From the NCBI GenBank assembly GCA_032123675.1, contig JAQBEX010000086.1:4713-68712 (forward strand): a DNA stretch of 64,000 nt. Direction: 5' to 3'. The position numbers were made by a program, and so were the translations under genes. Positions within the stretch are counted from its first letter, which is position 1. Each line of letters begins with the position of its first letter. The notes beneath the pieces were generated by a model. That model made no database searches, was not told the origin of the DNA, and saw only the letters and a program-made list of their open reading frames with translations. The DNA is from Actinomycetes bacterium. GTDB taxonomy: Bacteria > Actinomycetota > Actinomycetes > S36-B12 > CAIYMF01. Positions 1-11,815 of this stretch are shown piece after piece.

Positions 1-540
1 GCCGGTGGGGTTGTGCGGGCTGCACAGGAGCACGATCGTTCGCCCCACCCGGTCTACCCCTGGCCCGGGTCCCTCCTGGGCAAGGGCGGCATCGATTGCC
101 GGCACGTCGAGCCGGCCGGCATCCGTGAGCCCGACCGGGACCACCCGCCGGCCGATCTCCCGGGTGAACATCGCGAACGGCGGGTACACGGGGCTGGGGA
201 TCAGGACCGCCCCACCCGGCTCGGCGAAGCGTCTGAGCACCGCGCGGATCCCGCTCATCACATCAGCGCACAGGAGCATGTCGGCCGGGTCCGGCTCCCA
301 GCCCCAGCGGTCGCTGGCGAACTCCCTGAGGGCCTCCTTGTAGACGCCACCGAAGTTGGGGTAGCCGGTGTCCCCGGACCGGACGGCCGCATCGAGCGCA
401 TCGACGATCTCCGGTGCGAGGCGGACATCCATCTCAGCGACCCACAGCGGCAGGACGTCGGGGCCGTAGTGCTGCCACTTGAGCGATGTGCGCTGGCGCA
501 GTTGGGCCAGGCTGAGATCTTCGAAGGGACGAGCAGCCAT
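1..540 (-). CDS. PLP-dependent aminotransferase / C-S lyase of the MalY/PatB type (5' part only; gene runs off the left edge)
   Basis: Not in the ORF track because no stop lies inside the window. The reverse complement from ATG 540..538 reads MAARPFEDLSLAQLRQRTSLKWQHYGPDVLPLWVAEMDV...AVLIPSPVYPPF...LLCSPHNPTG, in frame down to position 1. These are typical N-terminal blocks of class I/II aminotransferases of the MalY/PatB group. Confidence 0.75.
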   Translation of the reverse strand, partial: MAARPFEDLSLAQLRQRTSLKWQHYGPDVLPLWVAEMDVRLAPEIVDALDAAVRSGDTGYPNFGGVYKEALREFASDRWGWEPDPADMLLCADVMSGIRAVLRRFAEPGGAVLIPSPVYPPFAMFTREIGRRVVPVGLTDAGRLDVPAIDAALAQEGPGPGVDRVGRTIVLLCSPHNPTG

Positions 541-587
541 GGGGCAATCGTGGACCACGGACCGCGACCTCGCACGGACCCGGGGAC

Positions 588-1796
588 ATGTGGGCTCGGT
601 TGGCTTGGCAGGATTCGCCCGTGGACCAGTCGCCGGAGCCGAGCACACCGATCCCGTTCGTCTGGCATCCACGGACCCGACGGCATGATCCCTCCGCCGA
701 GTTCTGGCTGGGCGTGCGCGCCCCCAACTCCGAGGTACTGGAACGCGTCAACGTCATCCGCGCCGCGCTGATCCGCGCCGGGCACCCCGAGGTGACCGCG
801 AGCGACCCCGACCTGGACTCACTGCTCGCCGTGCACTCGCCGGGCCTCGTCGAGCACCTGCGAACAAGCCACGACGCCTGGGTGGTGGGCGGGTACCCCG
901 ACGACCCCGGGCAGGACCGGGTCGTGCCCTACGTCTTCCCGACCGAGGGGATGCTCGGCGGGCAGCCAGCGCGCCGCGCGGCCGCGGTGCACGCCCGAGC
1001 TGGGCAGTACTGCTACGACACGATGACGCTGATCGGCCCGGGCACCTGGGATGCGGTCGAGGGTGCTGCCGGGGCGGCCCTGACCGCGGCCGACATGGTC
1101 GCGCAGGCTGCGTGGGTGGACGGCGCGTCGGGTTCCTCCGGTACTGCCGGCCCGGCGATGTGGGCCCCAGGCAGCACGCCGATGGCCTACGCGCTGTGCC
1201 GCCCCCCGGGCCACCACGCAGCCCGGGATGCCTTCGGCGGCTCCTGCTACCTGAACAATGCGGCCATCGCGGCCCAGCGCCTGCGCGAGCGCGGGGCCCG
1301 GCGGGTGGCCATCCTGGACGTCGACGCCCATCACGGCAATGGCACCCAGACGATCTTCTTCGGTCGCGGGGACGTGTTCTGCGGGTCGGTGCACGTGGAC
1401 CCGGGGGCGGGGTGGTTCCCGCACTTCATGGGCTTCGCCGACGAGACCGGCAGGGGATCGGGATCCGGGGCGAACCTGAACATCACGCTGCCGGGCCGGT
1501 CCGGCGACGATCGCTGGCTCACCGCCGTGGAGCAGTTGGTCCACGATGCGGGCGTCTTCGGGGCCGATGCCCTGGTCGTGGCCCTCGGGGTGGACGCCGC
1601 TGTCGAGGATCCGAAGAGCCCGCTGCGGGTCACCCGCGATGGGCTCCGGGCCACCGGGATCCTGCTGGCAGGGATGGGCATCCCGACCGTTGCGGTCCAG
1701 GAGGGCGGCTATCACCTGCCCAGCCTCGGCGACCTCGTCTCGGACTGCCTGGCGGGCATGGCTGAGGGTGCGGCCCGTGCCGCTGGGTCACGCTGA
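588..1796 (+). CDS. Histone deacetylase-family protein (acetoin utilisation / acetylpolyamine amidohydrolase-like)
   Basis: 402-aa ORF with RPPGHHA, GGSCYLNNAAIAA and DVDAHHGNGTQ motifs of the arginase/deacetylase fold. The start is uncertain (ATG 588 or in-frame Val codon at 621). Confidence 0.85.
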   Translation: MWARLAWQDSPVDQSPEPSTPIPFVWHPRTRRHDPSAEFWLGVRAPNSEVLERVNVIRAALIRAGHPEVTASDPDLDSLLAVHSPGLVEHLRTSHDAWVVGGYPDDPGQDRVVPYVFPTEGMLGGQPARRAAAVHARAGQYCYDTMTLIGPGTWDAVEGAAGAALTAADMVAQAAWVDGASGSSGTAGPAMWAPGSTPMAYALCRPPGHHAARDAFGGSCYLNNAAIAAQRLRERGARRVAILDVDAHHGNGTQTIFFGRGDVFCGSVHVDPGAGWFPHFMGFADETGRGSGSGANLNITLPGRSGDDRWLTAVEQLVHDAGVFGADALVVALGVDAAVEDPKSPLRVTRDGLRATGILLAGMGIPTVAVQEGGYHLPSLGDLVSDCLAGMAEGAARAAGSR

Positions 1797-1844
1797 GGAC
1801 CCGCCCCGGACCAGACTCACGCCGTGACGCTGCTCCGACCGCGG

Positions 1845-2015
1845 TCAGTCGTCGTCGTCTCGGGCCAGCCAGCTGGCCAGGCGCTCGACTGGGATCTCGA
1901 ACTCCGGGTTCAGGTCCACGAAGGTGATCAGCTGACCACCCAGCCATTCCAGGGTGACCTCCTCGTCACCCCGCCGACGGATGAGTTCCTCGATGCCCCG
2001 ATCGGTGTCGTACAT
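1845..2015 (-). CDS. Small acidic conserved-looking protein, 56 aa
   Basis: Below the ORF-track cutoff. It reads MYDTDRGIEELIRRRGDEEVTLEWLGGQLITFVDLNPEFEIPVERLASWLARDDDD*. G/C-rich third codon positions, an AGGGG SD 5 nt upstream, and an ATG only 8 nt after the kgd stop suggest co-transcription. From memory it resembles small actinobacterial DUF-type proteins; this was not verified. Confidence 0.55.
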   Translation of the reverse strand: MYDTDRGIEELIRRRGDEEVTLEWLGGQLITFVDLNPEFEIPVERLASWLARDDDD

Positions 2016-2023
2016 GTCGACCC

Positions 2024-5851
<3,828 letters not shown>

Positions 5852-5963
5852 GTCCGGCTACCTCTTTCGCCCTCACGCCTCGACAGGGGCGGCTCGGCCG
5901 ACCCTGCATCACCCGCACAGGCTACTCCCCGGACCCCCCACCGGCTCTGGCAGTATCGGGGTC

Positions 5964-6926
5964 ATGTTCGCCGCCACCGCAGTCGCATTCGACCCTGACA
6001 ACCCCCTGACCGGATTGCGGGTCGGTGACCGCCCGGAGCCGGTCACACCCGAGGGCTGGGTCGTCGTCGACGTCCGTGCCACCAGCGTCAACCACCACGA
6101 CCTGTGGACGCTCAAGGGAGTCGGCATCTCGGCTGATCGACTGCCGATGACCCTCGGTTGTGACGCCGCCGGGGTGGACCCCGAGGGCAACGACGTGATC
6201 GTGCACGGGGTGATCTCCGCGGGCGACTACCCCGACGAGACCACCGACCCGGACCGGTCGCTGCTCTCCGAGAAGTACCAGGGCACCTTCGCCGAGCGTG
6301 TCGCGGTACCGGTCCGGAACCTGATCCCCAAGCCGGCATCGATGACCTGGGCCGAGGCGGCCTGCCTACCCACGGCCTGGCTCACCGCGTATCGGATGCT
6401 GTTCACCCGTTCCGGGCTGCTGCCGGGCCAGACCGTCCTCATCCAGGGCGCTGGTGGTGGGGTCTCCACGGCACTGATCATGCTGGGGCGGCAGGCCGGG
6501 TTCCGGGTCTGGGTGACCTCCCGCGATGAGGCCAAGCGGGCTCGGGCGGTCGAGCTGGGGGCCCACGAGGCCTTCGCCTCGGGACGCCGGCTGCCCGAGA
6601 AGGTGGATGCCGTGATGGAGACGGTCGGGGCCGCCACATGGGCGCACTCGCTGCGCTCCCTGAAGCCCGGAGGCGTGATCGTCATCGCCGGCGCGACCTC
6701 GGGGTCGCAGCCCCCCGCCGACCTGTCGCGCGTGTTCTTCCTCCAACTGTCCGTGGTGGGCTCGACCATGGGCACCCGCGACGAACTCGAACGACTCGTG
6801 GCCATGTGCGCAGCGACCGGCCTGCGACCGCTGATCGACCATGAGCTCCCCCTCGCGGCTGCGGCCGACGCCCTGCGTGCCGTCGAGTCCGGCGACCTGT
6901 TCGGCAAGATCGTGCTGACGACCTGA
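5964..6926 (+). CDS. Zinc-type alcohol dehydrogenase / quinone oxidoreductase (MDR superfamily)
   Basis: Same frame as ORF 5808..6926. The start was moved to ATG 5964 (MFAATAVAFDP). It has a GAGGGVSTALI Rossmann motif and typical MDR N- and C-terminal blocks. Confidence 0.85.
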   Translation: MFAATAVAFDPDNPLTGLRVGDRPEPVTPEGWVVVDVRATSVNHHDLWTLKGVGISADRLPMTLGCDAAGVDPEGNDVIVHGVISAGDYPDETTDPDRSLLSEKYQGTFAERVAVPVRNLIPKPASMTWAEAACLPTAWLTAYRMLFTRSGLLPGQTVLIQGAGGGVSTALIMLGRQAGFRVWVTSRDEAKRARAVELGAHEAFASGRRLPEKVDAVMETVGAATWAHSLRSLKPGGVIVIAGATSGSQPPADLSRVFFLQLSVVGSTMGTRDELERLVAMCAATGLRPLIDHELPLAAAADALRAVESGDLFGKIVLTT

Positions 6927-6962
6927 CCGGGACCCACACGGCAACCTGTGGCTGGGCTCCGG

Positions 6963-7310
6963 CTAGCGGACTGGCCCCCAGGGGCGGACACGCCACAGCA
7001 CCCGGCCCACCACCTCGGGCACCACACCGAAGTGGCGGGAGTCGGTGGACGCCCCCGGAGCGTCGCCGAGGAGCCAGAAGCCGTCGTCATCCGTGCGGGC
7101 CACCCGCTTGACGATCAGCATTCCGGGCCGGTGCGGGTGCTCGAGGACCACGACGTCGCCCACCGCCGCTCGTCCGTCGGATCGCGCCACGATCCAATCC
7201 CCCTCGTGCAGCGTCGGCTCCATGGAGGGACCCGCGACGGCCAGGTAGCAGATTCCGAACACTGGCGTAGTGTGGACCACGCGGCCCAGCACCATCGGCC
7301 CCGAGTCCAC
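6963..7310 (-). CDS. sodX: Ni-SOD maturation protease SodX (S26 signal-peptidase family)
   Basis: 115-aa ORF with GPSMEPTL (catalytic Ser), IVKRV (Lys) and GDAPGASTDSRHFG. It is divergent from sodN, as in Streptomyces. The start is uncertain. Confidence 0.8.
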   Translation of the reverse strand: MDSGPMVLGRVVHTTPVFGICYLAVAGPSMEPTLHEGDWIVARSDGRAAVGDVVVLEHPHRPGMLIVKRVARTDDDGFWLLGDAPGASTDSRHFGVVPEVVGRVLWRVRPWGPVR

Positions 7311-7328
7311 GGCCCGAGTCCACGGCCC
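7297..7328. repeat. Imperfect tandem direct repeat, about 2.3 copies of ggcc(c)cgagtccac
   Basis: The plus strand reads ggccccgagtccac ggcccgagtccac ggccc. The repeat spans the sodX start codon and the sodX-sodN divergent intergenic region. Confidence 0.6.
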
Positions 7329-7366
7329 TCACAATCGAGCACGTTTCCACCACAACAGGAGAAGAG

Positions 7367-7765
7367 ATGCTGTCGTTCCTCGCCCCCCGAACCACCGTCC
7401 ACGCCCACTGCGACCTGCCCTGTGGCGTCTACGACCCGGCCCAGGCCCGGATCGAGGCCGAGTCGGTCAAGGCGTGCATGGTCAAGTACGCCGGCTCCGA
7501 TGACGTGGACTTCAAGGCGCGTGCCGTGTCCATCAAGGAAGAGCGCTCCGAACTGGTCAAGCACCACCTCTGGGTGCTGTGGACCGACTACTTCAAGGCC
7601 CCGCACTTCGAGAAGTACCCGCAGCTGAACACCCTGTTCAACGAGGCGACCAAGCTGGCCGGCGCCGGTGGCACGAAGGGCAGCAACGACGTCGCGGTGG
7701 CCGACGAGCTGCTCGGCAAGATCGACGAGATCGCCGAGATCTTCTGGGAGACCAAGGCGGCGTGA
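7367..7765 (+). CDS. sodN: Nickel-containing superoxide dismutase precursor
   Basis: It reads MLSFLAPRTTVHA followed by HCDLPCGVYDP. This is the Ni-hook (His-Cys-x-x-Pro-Cys-Gly-x-Tyr) behind a 13-aa propeptide. An AGGAGA SD lies upstream. Confidence 0.95.
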   Translation: MLSFLAPRTTVHAHCDLPCGVYDPAQARIEAESVKACMVKYAGSDDVDFKARAVSIKEERSELVKHHLWVLWTDYFKAPHFEKYPQLNTLFNEATKLAGAGGTKGSNDVAVADELLGKIDEIAEIFWETKAA

Positions 7766-8463
7766 CCTCGCCGCACCACCTCCCGGGGGCGCCCGGTCGC
7801 GATGCGACCGCCGGCGCCCCCGGTTGCGTTCCCGAGCCGTCCGCGCCCGTGCCAACCGTCGCCGGGCCCGACCGTCCCGGCCTCGTGCTGCGCCCAGCCG
7901 GCCCCGAGGACGTGCCCGAGATCCTGGCGATGATCCGCGAGTTGGCCGAGTACGAGCGCAGCGCCCACGAGGTCGCGGCGAACGAGGAGCTCATCGCAGC
8001 GCTGCTCTTCGGCGGCAGCACGCCGGCTGGGGGACCAGCGGCGTTCTGCCACGTCGTCGAGGTGGAGCCCGGTGCCGCTGCGGGGGCTGAGGTGAGGCCG
8101 CACCTGGCCGCCTTCGCGCTGTGGTTCCTCAACACCTCGACCTGGACCGGACGGCATGGGATCTACCTGGAGGACCTGTACGTCCGGCCCCAGCACCGCG
8201 GGCTCGGGCTCGGCCGGAGGCTGATGTCCGAACTGGCCCGGATCTGCCTCGACCGGGGGTACGCCCGGCTCGAGTGGTGGGTCCTGGACTGGAACGAACC
8301 CGCCCTCGACTTCTACGACAGCCTGGGCGCCCAGCCCATGGATGAGTGGACCGTCCACCGCATGACCGGTGCCGCCCTGCAGGCACTGGCCGGGGATCCG
8401 CTGAGACCGCGACTCCCACATGAGGGATCAGCCACCGTTGGGTCACACCATCGGCTAACGTGA
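7762..8463 (+). CDS. GNAT family N-acetyltransferase (diamine/spermidine acetyltransferase-like)
   Basis: Frame of ORF 7579..8463. The acetyl-CoA site is YVRPQHRGLGLGRRLM, and the C-terminus is ARLEWWVLDWNEPALDFYDSLGA. The chosen start is GTG 7762, overlapping the sodN stop (GTGA); a later start is possible. Confidence 0.75.
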   Translation: MTSPHHLPGAPGRDATAGAPGCVPEPSAPVPTVAGPDRPGLVLRPAGPEDVPEILAMIRELAEYERSAHEVAANEELIAALLFGGSTPAGGPAAFCHVVEVEPGAAAGAEVRPHLAAFALWFLNTSTWTGRHGIYLEDLYVRPQHRGLGLGRRLMSELARICLDRGYARLEWWVLDWNEPALDFYDSLGAQPMDEWTVHRMTGAALQALAGDPLRPRLPHEGSATVGSHHRLT

Positions 8464-8469
8464 CCACTC

Positions 8470-8862
8470 GTGAGTACTGATCCGGCCGTGACCCTCAAGG
8501 TCCCCGCCAACGGCGCCTTCGTGGTGCTCATCCGCGCTGCCATCTCGGCGATGTGTGCCCGCCTGGACTTCACGATCGACCGGATCGAGGACGTCAAGCT
8601 CGCAGTTGATGAGGCCGCCGCGCTCCTGCTCAGTGATGCCCCGGACGGAGCTGAGCTTGATGTTCGCTTCACGCCGGACGCCCCGGACGGCATCCGGGTC
8701 GAGATGACCGCACCCACCACACACGGCCGGTCCCTGCAGCGCGACAGCTTCACGTGGACCGTGCTGACCGCACTCGTCGACGAGGTGGTGGCCACCGTCT
8801 CCGCTGACCGCAAGCTCACCATCTCGCTGGCGGTGCACCGGACTGAGGCGGTCAGGCCGTGA
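8470..8862 (+). CDS. Anti-sigma factor of the RsbW/UshX (HATPase-like) type
   Basis: 130-aa ORF whose stop overlaps the GTG start of the downstream SigB/F-type sigma gene. Its size and position match the ushX-sigH (Streptomyces) and rsbW-sigF (Mycobacterium) arrangement. Confidence 0.65.
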   Translation: MSTDPAVTLKVPANGAFVVLIRAAISAMCARLDFTIDRIEDVKLAVDEAAALLLSDAPDGAELDVRFTPDAPDGIRVEMTAPTTHGRSLQRDSFTWTVLTALVDEVVATVSADRKLTISLAVHRTEAVRP

Positions 8863-9842
8863 CCGGCAGCGCCCCGGGTCCAGATGCGCTGGCATCGGTC
8901 CGGGACACGCATGCCACCGCAGGCAGCGGGGCGTTCGAGTCCGAGCTGATCGAGACCGAGACCGGGCCAGCCGACGACGACGAGTCGAACCCGGCAGCAC
9001 CGGACTCCGTTGTTCCGCAGACCCCCGAGGTGCTCACGGTCGAGATCGAGGAGCCACCAGCCGAGCCGCGCTGGTCGACCCGGGACCGTACCCGCGAACG
9101 TGAGCTCATCGCGCTCATCGCCGAGCTCCCCGAGGACGATCCGCGGCGCATGGCCGCCCGCGACGAGCTCGTGACCATGCACCTGCCGCTGGCAGGCTTC
9201 CTCGCGCGCCGGTTCCGTGACCGGGGCGAGAGCCTGGAGGACCTGACCCAGGTGGCCACCATCGGCCTGCTCAAGGCCGTCGACCGGTTCGACCCGGAGC
9301 GCGGGGTGGAGTTCTCCACCTTTGCCACCCCGACGATGGTCGGCGAGATCAAGCGGCACTTCCGGGACAAGGGCTGGGCGATCCGCGTCCCGCGCCGTCT
9401 TCAGGAACTGCGGATCTCCATCGGCCGCGCCACCGCAGAACTCAGCCAGTCCACCGGCCGGTCACCGACTGTTGCCGAGCTGGCTGAGCACCTCGGCTTC
9501 AGCCAGGAGCAGATCCTCGAGGGGTTGGAGTCGGCCCAGGCCTATGCAACCCTCTCGCTGGACGCCGCATCCGGCGACGGGACCGAGGACGGATCGTCAC
9601 TGGTCGACACCCTGGGCGACGACGACCCCGGGCTCGGCGAGGTCGACACCCGCGAGACCCTGCACCCGCTGGTGGCCACGCTGGCTCCACGGGAGCAGCG
9701 GATCATCCATATGCGCTTCTACGAGAACATGACCCAGGCCCAGATCGCGCAGCGGATCGGCGTCTCGCAGATGCACGTCTCCCGGTTGTTGGCCAAGTCG
9801 CTGGCCCAGCTGCGCACAGGCCTGGACGAGCCCGAGGTCTGA
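8859..9842 (+). CDS. RNA polymerase sigma factor, SigB/SigF/SigG group (Streptomyces sigma-H-like), with an acidic N-terminal extension
   Basis: Region 2 reads DLTQVATIGLLKAVDRFDPERGVEFSTFATPTMVGEIKRHFRD. Region 4 reads MTQAQIAQRIGVSQMHVSRLL. About 75-90 Asp/Glu/Pro-rich residues precede region 2. Confidence 0.9.
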   Translation: MTGSAPGPDALASVRDTHATAGSGAFESELIETETGPADDDESNPAAPDSVVPQTPEVLTVEIEEPPAEPRWSTRDRTRERELIALIAELPEDDPRRMAARDELVTMHLPLAGFLARRFRDRGESLEDLTQVATIGLLKAVDRFDPERGVEFSTFATPTMVGEIKRHFRDKGWAIRVPRRLQELRISIGRATAELSQSTGRSPTVAELAEHLGFSQEQILEGLESAQAYATLSLDAASGDGTEDGSSLVDTLGDDDPGLGEVDTRETLHPLVATLAPREQRIIHMRFYENMTQAQIAQRIGVSQMHVSRLLAKSLAQLRTGLDEPEV

Positions 9843-9865
9843 GCATCCAGGGCTCGACCACCGGA

Positions 9866-10234
9866 TCAGACCAGTGCCGCGCGCCCCGCAGGCCGGAGCC
9901 CGAGCACGATCCCGACGACCGCGGCCACGGCGAGGACCACTCCCGCAACGGTCTCGACGGCGATGTCCGAGGTGGCCAACGGCCAGGCCACGACCAGCGC
10001 GAACAGCTGCGCCAGCACGAATGGCGTGCGCGCGGCACGCCGCCGCCGGAAGAGGCCGAACCAGATGAGCGCCAGGGCACCGACGATGACCACCCACATC
10101 ACGACCGTGGCCACGGCAACGACGACCTCCAGATCGGAGCTGAGCGCCCCGATCCCGACCACGACGGCCAGCACCCCACCGGCCAGGGCCTCGGCCCCTG
10201 CGATGACCACCATGGGCCGCACCGGATCAGCCAT
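9866..10234 (-). CDS. Small integral membrane protein (hypothetical)
   Basis: Frame of ORF 9866..10339. The start was moved to ATG 10234 (MADPVRPMVV). It has about four hydrophobic helices and no recognisable domain. Confidence 0.5.
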   Translation of the reverse strand: MADPVRPMVVIAGAEALAGGVLAVVVGIGALSSDLEVVVAVATVVMWVVIVGALALIWFGLFRRRRAARTPFVLAQLFALVVAWPLATSDIAVETVAGVVLAVAAVVGIVLGLRPAGRAALV

Positions 10235-10265
10235 GGCGCCAGAGTACGGGCCTAGAGTTGGCGCC

Positions 10266-11222
10266 ATGAAGCCGCGTGGCCTGCTGATCGCCAACCCCAG
10301 CGCGACCAGCACCTCACCCGGGATGCGTGACGTGATCACCCGCGCACTGAGTCATGAGGTCGACCTCGAGGTCGTGACCACGACCCATCGTGGGCACGCG
10401 GAGAGCCTGGGCGCCGACGCCCACGGGCTCGACCTGCTCATCACGCTCGGCGGCGACGGGACCATCAACGAGGCAGTCAACGGCATGCTCAACTCCGGGC
10501 ACACCGACCTGCCCATGCTGGCCACGATCCCCGGTGGTTCGGCGAACGTGATGGCTCGGGCACACGGATTCCCCAACGACGTCATTGAGGCCACGGGAAT
10601 GATCCTTGAGTCGCTGCGCACTGACGCGAGCCATGACGTGGGCCTGGGCAACGCGCGCTTCACCCCGGTGGGCTGCGACCAGGAGCGCTCCCAGTGGTTC
10701 ACCATCAACGCCGGGATGGGAATCGACGCTGATGTCGTGGCATCGATGGAGGCTCAGCGTGCTGCCGGCCGCGAGGCCAGCGGGGCTCGCTACGCGTGGA
10801 CGGCGACCCGGGAGTACTTCAGGCGCATGAGCAGGCGAGAGCACACCTCGCTGAGCCTGAAGCTGCCGGCACAGGAGCCGACCGACGGACTCGCCCTGGC
10901 GATCATCCAGAACACCGCCCCGTGGACGTTCTTCGGCCCCTTCCCGATCAACCCGTGCCCGCGCGCCTCCTTCGACCTCGGGCTGGATCTCTTCGCGCCG
11001 CACTCGCTCGGGCTGTGGTCGACGACCCGGTACGGGCTGCGGATGCTGCGCGGGAGCCGAGCAGCTGCCGTCCCCGGCCGGCTGACCCTGCTGCACGACG
11101 AGGCGGCGTTCACCCTCAGCTCAGAGGAACCTGCCAACCTGCAGATCGACGGTGACTCGATGGGACAGGTGACCAGTGCATCCTTCCGATCCGCCCCGCA
11201 CGCGCTGCGGATCGTCGGCTGA
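10266..11222 (+). CDS. Diacylglycerol kinase-family lipid kinase (DAGK_cat / YegS-like)
   Basis: Start at ATG 10266 (MKPRGLLIANP), in the frame of ORF 9963..11222. It has the GGDGTINEAVNGM nucleotide motif. It is syntenic with whiB1 and pdtaS, as for Rv3218 / SCO5241. Confidence 0.85.
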   Translation: MKPRGLLIANPSATSTSPGMRDVITRALSHEVDLEVVTTTHRGHAESLGADAHGLDLLITLGGDGTINEAVNGMLNSGHTDLPMLATIPGGSANVMARAHGFPNDVIEATGMILESLRTDASHDVGLGNARFTPVGCDQERSQWFTINAGMGIDADVVASMEAQRAAGREASGARYAWTATREYFRRMSRREHTSLSLKLPAQEPTDGLALAIIQNTAPWTFFGPFPINPCPRASFDLGLDLFAPHSLGLWSTTRYGLRMLRGSRAAAVPGRLTLLHDEAAFTLSSEEPANLQIDGDSMGQVTSASFRSAPHALRIVG

Positions 11223-11295
11223 CGAACTCCGAAAATGCCCATGCAGTGGTCGAAATGGTCGCTATCGACCTGTTGCGGCGGCTCAGGACCCAGAA

Positions 11296-11311
11296 TGTGA
11301 CGTACACGACA
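11296..11311 (+). promoter_or_regulatory. Candidate CRP/Cmr-type site TGTGAcgtacaCGACA
   Basis: It matches TGTGA-N6-TCACA at 8/10 positions. It lies about 205 nt upstream of the whiB1 ATG, inside a 294-nt intergenic region. Confidence 0.3.
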
Positions 11312-11516
11312 GTCTGAACGGCGGCCGCGTTGGGCAAAACCCTTGTGACCGGACGGATCGTCTGCGACCCTTGTCAACAGCAAGGGCGCGATGGGGACAC
11401 ATCCCATCTCCGTCGTAATCGTACCGGAGCGTGACCGGGGCCGATGAACCGGCCCTGTTGCGCTGTGGGCCGTAGTGAAGGTGCCCGTATCTGGGGGTAC
11501 CCGAAAGGTGAGCAAC

Positions 11517-11771
11517 ATGGATTGGCGCCACAGGGCGGCATGCCGTGAAGAGGATCCCGAGTTGTTCTTCCCGATCGGGAACACCGGTCCCGCACTCATG
11601 CAGATCGAGGAGGCCCGCGCGGTCTGCCATCGCTGTGAGGTCGTCGACGTCTGCTTGAAGTGGGCCATCGAGAGCGGCCAGGACGCCGGCGTCTGGGGTG
11701 GCATGAGCGAGGACGAGCGCCGCGCCCTCAAGCGTCGCAATGCCCGAGCACGGGCCCGCGCACACAGCTGA
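11517..11771 (+). CDS. whiB1: WhiB-family Fe-S transcription factor (WhiB1/WblE type)
   Basis: It reads MDWRHRAACREEDPELFFP...CHRCEVVDVCLKWA...GVWGGMSEDERRALKRR. The four Cys and the GVWGG turn are present. The start was moved to ATG 11517, giving 84 aa. Confidence 0.9.
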   Translation: MDWRHRAACREEDPELFFPIGNTGPALMQIEEARAVCHRCEVVDVCLKWAIESGQDAGVWGGMSEDERRALKRRNARARARAHS

Positions 11772-11815
11772 CCCACCGGCGGCAGCAACCGCGGGCACCT
11801 GGATATCCCGGTCGG

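Noticed and set aside
13-785. ORF-track entries 5..343, 13..771 and 258..785
   Set aside because: The real coding frames here are the minus-strand malY-like gene (1..540, unlisted because it is open-ended) and the plus-strand HDAC-like gene. The listed ORFs are alternative frames with Arg/Pro-rich translations.
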